The position numbers and the translations under genes are program-made. A stretch of 64,000 nucleotides of DNA from a virus. Below are positions 60,796 through 64,000 of the stretch, piece by piece. Each line of letters opens with the position of its first letter. The first letter of the stretch is position 1. The DNA lies in the IMG/VR virus record IMGVR_UViG_3300045988_123629, one strand, 5' to 3'. Under the pieces are notes generated by a model that ran no database searches, was not told the origin of the DNA, and was given only the letters and a program-made list of their open reading frames with translations.

Positions 60796-61251
60796 CTAAA
60801 ATTGAATTTCATCAGTAGTATATCTTCTAATGATTTCATTTACATCAGGATTTTTTTCTCTATTTAATTGCCTAATTAAGCGTGTCTTTCCTTTAGCGGT
60901 AATATAATATATCTCCAATTCAATTCTATCATCTTTAAGAAGACTTATAATTCCTTCAGGATTAAAAACACCAATATTAACTTTACTATCAGACAAACTA
61001 TCAATACTTGTGCCATAATACCAATTATTAAAAGAAGTGGTTTCTAACATTTTATTTTCATCAATTAAAGTTAAAAACTGGTCATCTGAAACAAAATGAT
61101 AATTTTTGTCTGCTATTTCTTTTTCACGCTTCGGGCGCGTAGTGTGGCTTATAATAGGATTTAAATATTCCTCTAAGTGGGAAAAGGTAGCCATCATTAG
61201 GCTATCTTTTCCCGCACCAGATTTTCCACATAATGCAATAATTTTATACAT
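60796..61251 (-). CDS. guanylate-kinase-like nucleoside monophosphate kinase
   Basis: P-loop ALCGKSGAGKDS and SHTTRPKREKE...YHFV, as in guanylate kinases; the ATG at 61251 (aggagg 11 nt upstream) overlaps the DnaE stop as ATGTATAA; an alternative in-frame ATG at 61281 has no RBS. Confidence 0.6.
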   Translation of the reverse strand: MYKIIALCGKSGAGKDSLMMATFSHLEEYLNPIISHTTRPKREKEIADKNYHFVSDDQFLTLIDENKMLETTSFNNWYYGTSIDSLSDSKVNIGVFNPEGIISLLKDDRIELEIYYITAKGKTRLIRQLNREKNPDVNEIIRRYTTDEIQF

Positions 61252-64000
61252 CTTCTTCAATTCCTCCTTGATAACGAGCATCTTTTAAAACTAAATCGCC
61301 ATTAGATAAAATTTCATCAATTTTATATAATTGATGCCCTCCAGAAGAAGCATATTTTTTTGACATGAAATTATCTCCATTGCGGATTCCAGAGACTACA
61401 ATCATATTTCCGCGATTAAACCAAGATTTTTCAACAATATGTTTGGTTCCATCTGCACCGCGCTCTGAAATTTGTTTATCAAACAAACTAAAATATTCTT
61501 TTCTAAATTTTACTTCTACAGGACCAGTAGTAGTAAGGATAGTTACGGTACTTTTAGTTTTATTTTTGGCAATACAAGTTCCGCAAATTTTAAATAACTT
61601 ATAAATATGAATAGTATGATTTCCTTTAGTAAAACTTCTATCAATTATTGGGTCTTCTGGAAGTTTAAAGAAATCTACAAATCCATATTTATCATTGTTA
61701 ATATTGTTTAATTCATGAGTATGATAATAATAACAAAGAACTTCCATTTCCCAAGCGGATAGATTATTTTTATTAGCGTATTTATCCCAATCATCTTTAA
61801 ATATTTTTATATTCAGATTATTCAAAATTTCATCTTTATTATTAGCAATCCAAGTGCGAAATATATCCATCCACTTTTGGTATATACCATTCCAAATATT
61901 TTCACTTAAAGAATAATTAGTTCCATCAAATTGAATATTATTATCTTCTCCAATTTCTACTAAGAAATTAATAGCTCGTTCATCAAGTTGATATAAACCA
62001 TTATTTTTTGTAGTTTTACAAATTGCTTTTAAATATCTATTAAATTCATAAATACGGCGAGCCATAATTTGATTTTCATTTTCTTCTGGAAGAAGATCAT
62101 ACTTCATAAGTCCGCCCATATTTTGAAGAGTAATTCTTTTCTTTTTGTCGCAAGTTTCCCAAATATACCAAATCATTAATTCTTTTCTATCCATCATATT
62201 ATCAAAAGCTCCGCCTTTAATAAGAGAAATCATAGCTTGTTTACCTGGCTTAATACGATATAAAAATTCTTTAGGATTTGAATAAGGGCGATTGGCAATG
62301 ATTGTATTAACTAATTCATCACCAACATTTAGCATACCTTTTAGTCCAAAAAGGATTTTATTATTTTCAATATCAGGGGCAAATCCAAATTTAGATTTGT
62401 TAATATCAGGAAGACCTACTTCAATTCCTGCTTTTTGAATGTCACTAATAGCCTTGGCAATTTTTCCATAATCAGTAGCCGCGGTTTTGCGGATTTTGCC
62501 ACTTTTGTCAGGAAGATCTTCAAATGTTACTCCATTAGCTAAATCATCGCCTTCAGGAGCATAAATATCGACAATCTCTTCTTCGCTATTATCTTCAAGG
62601 GAACCACTATTAACAATTAAACAAGCGGTATCCCAATAGATAGGATTAAAATGAATTACTAAGTAAATCATTTGAATTGCTACAAATGAATAAGGAAGGG
62701 AATGGTTAAGGCTAAATGCATATCCTAATTGAGGAGCAACTGCAATTTCCCAAAAGTATTCAGCAGATTTTTCATTATCAAATTTACTAAATACTTGTTC
62801 TCTCAGTTGTGGAATTTTAGCCATTTGCTTTTTAGCAACAATCTTACGCGCAGTATTAGCTTCACCAAGAGTAAAATGAGCTACATCCATAAGGATTTCC
62901 ATCATTTGCTCTTGAATAGGACAACATCCATAATATTTATCACAATGCTTATGCATCTTATCAATTAATTCTTGTGGAAGATGCTGAGCCTTCATTTCAT
63001 CATCAAATACTTTAATACCCGAATGTTGAATGCGATAATATCTATCTTGCTGTGATTCCTTGCCTTTTTCAGACATAAGACGCATCATAGCATTTGCCGC
63101 CGTCATTTCCATAGGGTCTTGGGGTTTAAGACGTTTCGCAATTGCTAAACCAACTCCCGTAGAAAATTGGAATACATCTAATACATCACCCGCGGCAAGG
63201 TGGTCCCAAATTGCTTGGTCAGTTGTATCTATTACTTCTGGATGAATATATTTATTATAGAATTCTCGTAAAGATAATTCTGGAATTTGTTTATCTTTTA
63301 GAAGTAATTGATAACAAGTAATAATTTTGTCAGAAGCTTCAGTTACAAGGAAGTCATATTTTGTATCTCCCGCGGCTTCCGCTTTATGAAGATCCCAACA
63401 AGTAATCATATCTCCACTAGGAGTTCTCATAAATGATGCTGTATCAAATGGATCGTCACCATACAAAATAACGCCAGAAGCATGAGAAGAACGTTTATTA
63501 ACCATTCCTTCAATATATACAATAATATTCAAAAGACCAGGATATTGGTTTACTTCTCGAATAAATGCTTGAACGGGTTTACGGTCTTTTTCTTCATTAC
63601 CATAAATAACATCATGGATAGGCCATAAAAATCCACGCTCTTGGGGAATTAATGAAGACATATATTGAGCATTATCAACATCAATTCCTTCTGGAAATTC
63701 TTCACTTCTATATCCACGACAAGCAGTTAAAATACTTTGTTTAGTGCCTTCAGTTCCAAATGTAGCAACTTGAACCAATCCCAATTCTCCGCGTTCTTTT
63801 CTAATTGCTTTAAAAATTGCGGGACGCTTACTTGGGGCAAGGTCAATATCAATATCGGGCAATTCCGCGCGCTCCTTATTTAAAAATCTCCAATAAGGAA
63901 GTCCCCAACGAATTGGGTCTAATTGAGTAATACCTAAAAGATAATTAGATAAAAAGCCAGTCGCAGAACCACGTCCAGGACCTACAATACTTCCACATTC
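61244..64000 (-). CDS. dnaE: DnaE-type DNA polymerase III alpha subunit, C-terminal two thirds; the 5' end lies beyond the window
   Basis: Frame is open to the window edge; ...VGPGRGSA... and LPDIDIDL palm-domain motifs; VATFGTEGTK, HASGVILYGD and KYDFLV blocks colinear with E. coli DnaE; TAG-free over more than 900 codons. Confidence 0.8.
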   Translation of the reverse strand, partial: ECGSIVGPGRGSATGFLSNYLLGITQLDPIRWGLPYWRFLNKERAELPDIDIDLAPSKRPAIFKAIRKERGELGLVQVATFGTEGTKQSILTACRGYRSEEFPEGIDVDNAQYMSSLIPQERGFLWPIHDVIYGNEEKDRKPVQAFIREVNQYPGLLNIIVYIEGMVNKRSSHASGVILYGDDPFDTASFMRTPSGDMITCWDLHKAEAAGDTKYDFLVTEASDKIITCYQLLLKDKQIPELSLREFYNKYIHPEVIDTTDQAIWDHLAAGDVLDVFQFSTGVGLAIAKRLKPQDPMEMTAANAMMRLMSEKGKESQQDRYYRIQHSGIKVFDDEMKAQHLPQELIDKMHKHCDKYYGCCPIQEQMMEILMDVAHFTLGEANTARKIVAKKQMAKIPQLREQVFSKFDNEKSAEYFWEIAVAPQLGYAFSLNHSLPYSFVAIQMIYLVIHFNPIYWDTACLIVNSGSLEDNSEEEIVDIYAPEGDDLANGVTFEDLPDKSGKIRKTAATDYGKIAKAISDIQKAGIEVGLPDINKSKFGFAPDIENNKILFGLKGMLNVGDELVNTIIANRPYSNPKEFLYRIKPGKQAMISLIKGGAFDNMMDRKELMIWYIWETCDKKKRITLQNMGGLMKYDLLPEENENQIMARRIYEFNRYLKAICKTTKNNGLYQLDERAINFLVEIGEDNNIQFDGTNYSLSENIWNGIYQKWMDIFRTWIANNKDEILNNLNIKIFKDDWDKYANKNNLSAWEMEVLCYYYHTHELNNINNDKYGFVDFFKLPEDPIIDRSFTKGNHTIHIYKLFKICGTCIAKNKTKSTVTILTTTGPVEVKFRKEYFSLFDKQISERGADGTKHIVEKSWFNRGNMIVVSGIRNGDNFMSKKYASSGGHQLYKIDEILSNGDLVLKDARYQGGIEEDV

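Noticed and set aside
60686-60802. 38-aa minus-strand ORF (MNDIKCNVVTNETLEDY...) between the kinase and nrdD
   Set aside because: It overlaps the kinase 3' end and has no RBS. It is too short to support without comparative evidence.
1-64000. tRNA genes (especially a suppressor tRNA-CUA), CRISPR arrays, integrase or attachment sites
   Set aside because: Coding density is very high. The few intergenic regions (1-395, 11380-11658, 51927-52169, 55565-55641, 60601-60795) are AT-rich without cloverleaf-compatible GC-rich arms or direct repeat-spacer periodicity. No recombinase motif was seen. The suppressor tRNA, if present, must lie outside the window.

Overview
The window is almost entirely coding and looks like a contiguous 64 kb piece of a large tailed phage or prophage from a low-GC Firmicute host. 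The key observation is that the in-frame TAG codon must be read as a sense codon, most likely Gln as in translation table 15. The late genes are continuous single-frame ORFs interrupted only by TAGs, and none of the roughly 60 genes I could delimit ends in TAG; every stop is TAA or TGA. After merging the ORF-track fragments across TAGs, the + strand from 396 to 51165 is one late module. It runs two Zn-ribbon proteins (one a possible terminase small subunit), terminase large subunit, a small PD-(D/E)xK nuclease, portal, scaffold, head proteins including a major capsid protein candidate, four connector-like proteins, a major tail protein, a tail chaperone, a 2770-aa tape measure protein, three large distal-tail proteins, four fibre-like proteins sharing an N-terminal anchor motif (one a 2567-aa giant with a C-terminal BspA-type leucine-rich repeat region), and an LL-H-type holin. 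A convergent − strand block from 55136 to the window end carries a RuvC-like resolvase, dUTPase, NrdD and NrdG, a guanylate-kinase-like dNMP kinase, and a DnaE-type polymerase that runs off the window. Between the two modules is the most interesting region, at 51210 to 55101. It holds an atypical LytTR response regulator, whose phospho-acceptor Asp appears replaced by Gly, divergent from a terminator-bounded six-gene operon. That operon encodes spore-surface-like proteins (a Gln-rich protein, a YjcZ-like Gly/Trp transmembrane protein with Cys-rich tail, a BclA C-terminal-domain/C1q-like protein) plus a translationally coupled mini HExxH ImmA-like protease. I propose this as a previously undescribed phage-encoded, regulator-controlled spore-surface-mimic island. 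I found no tRNA, CRISPR array, integrase or obvious endolysin in the window. All functional calls rest on motif recognition from memory, not database searches.
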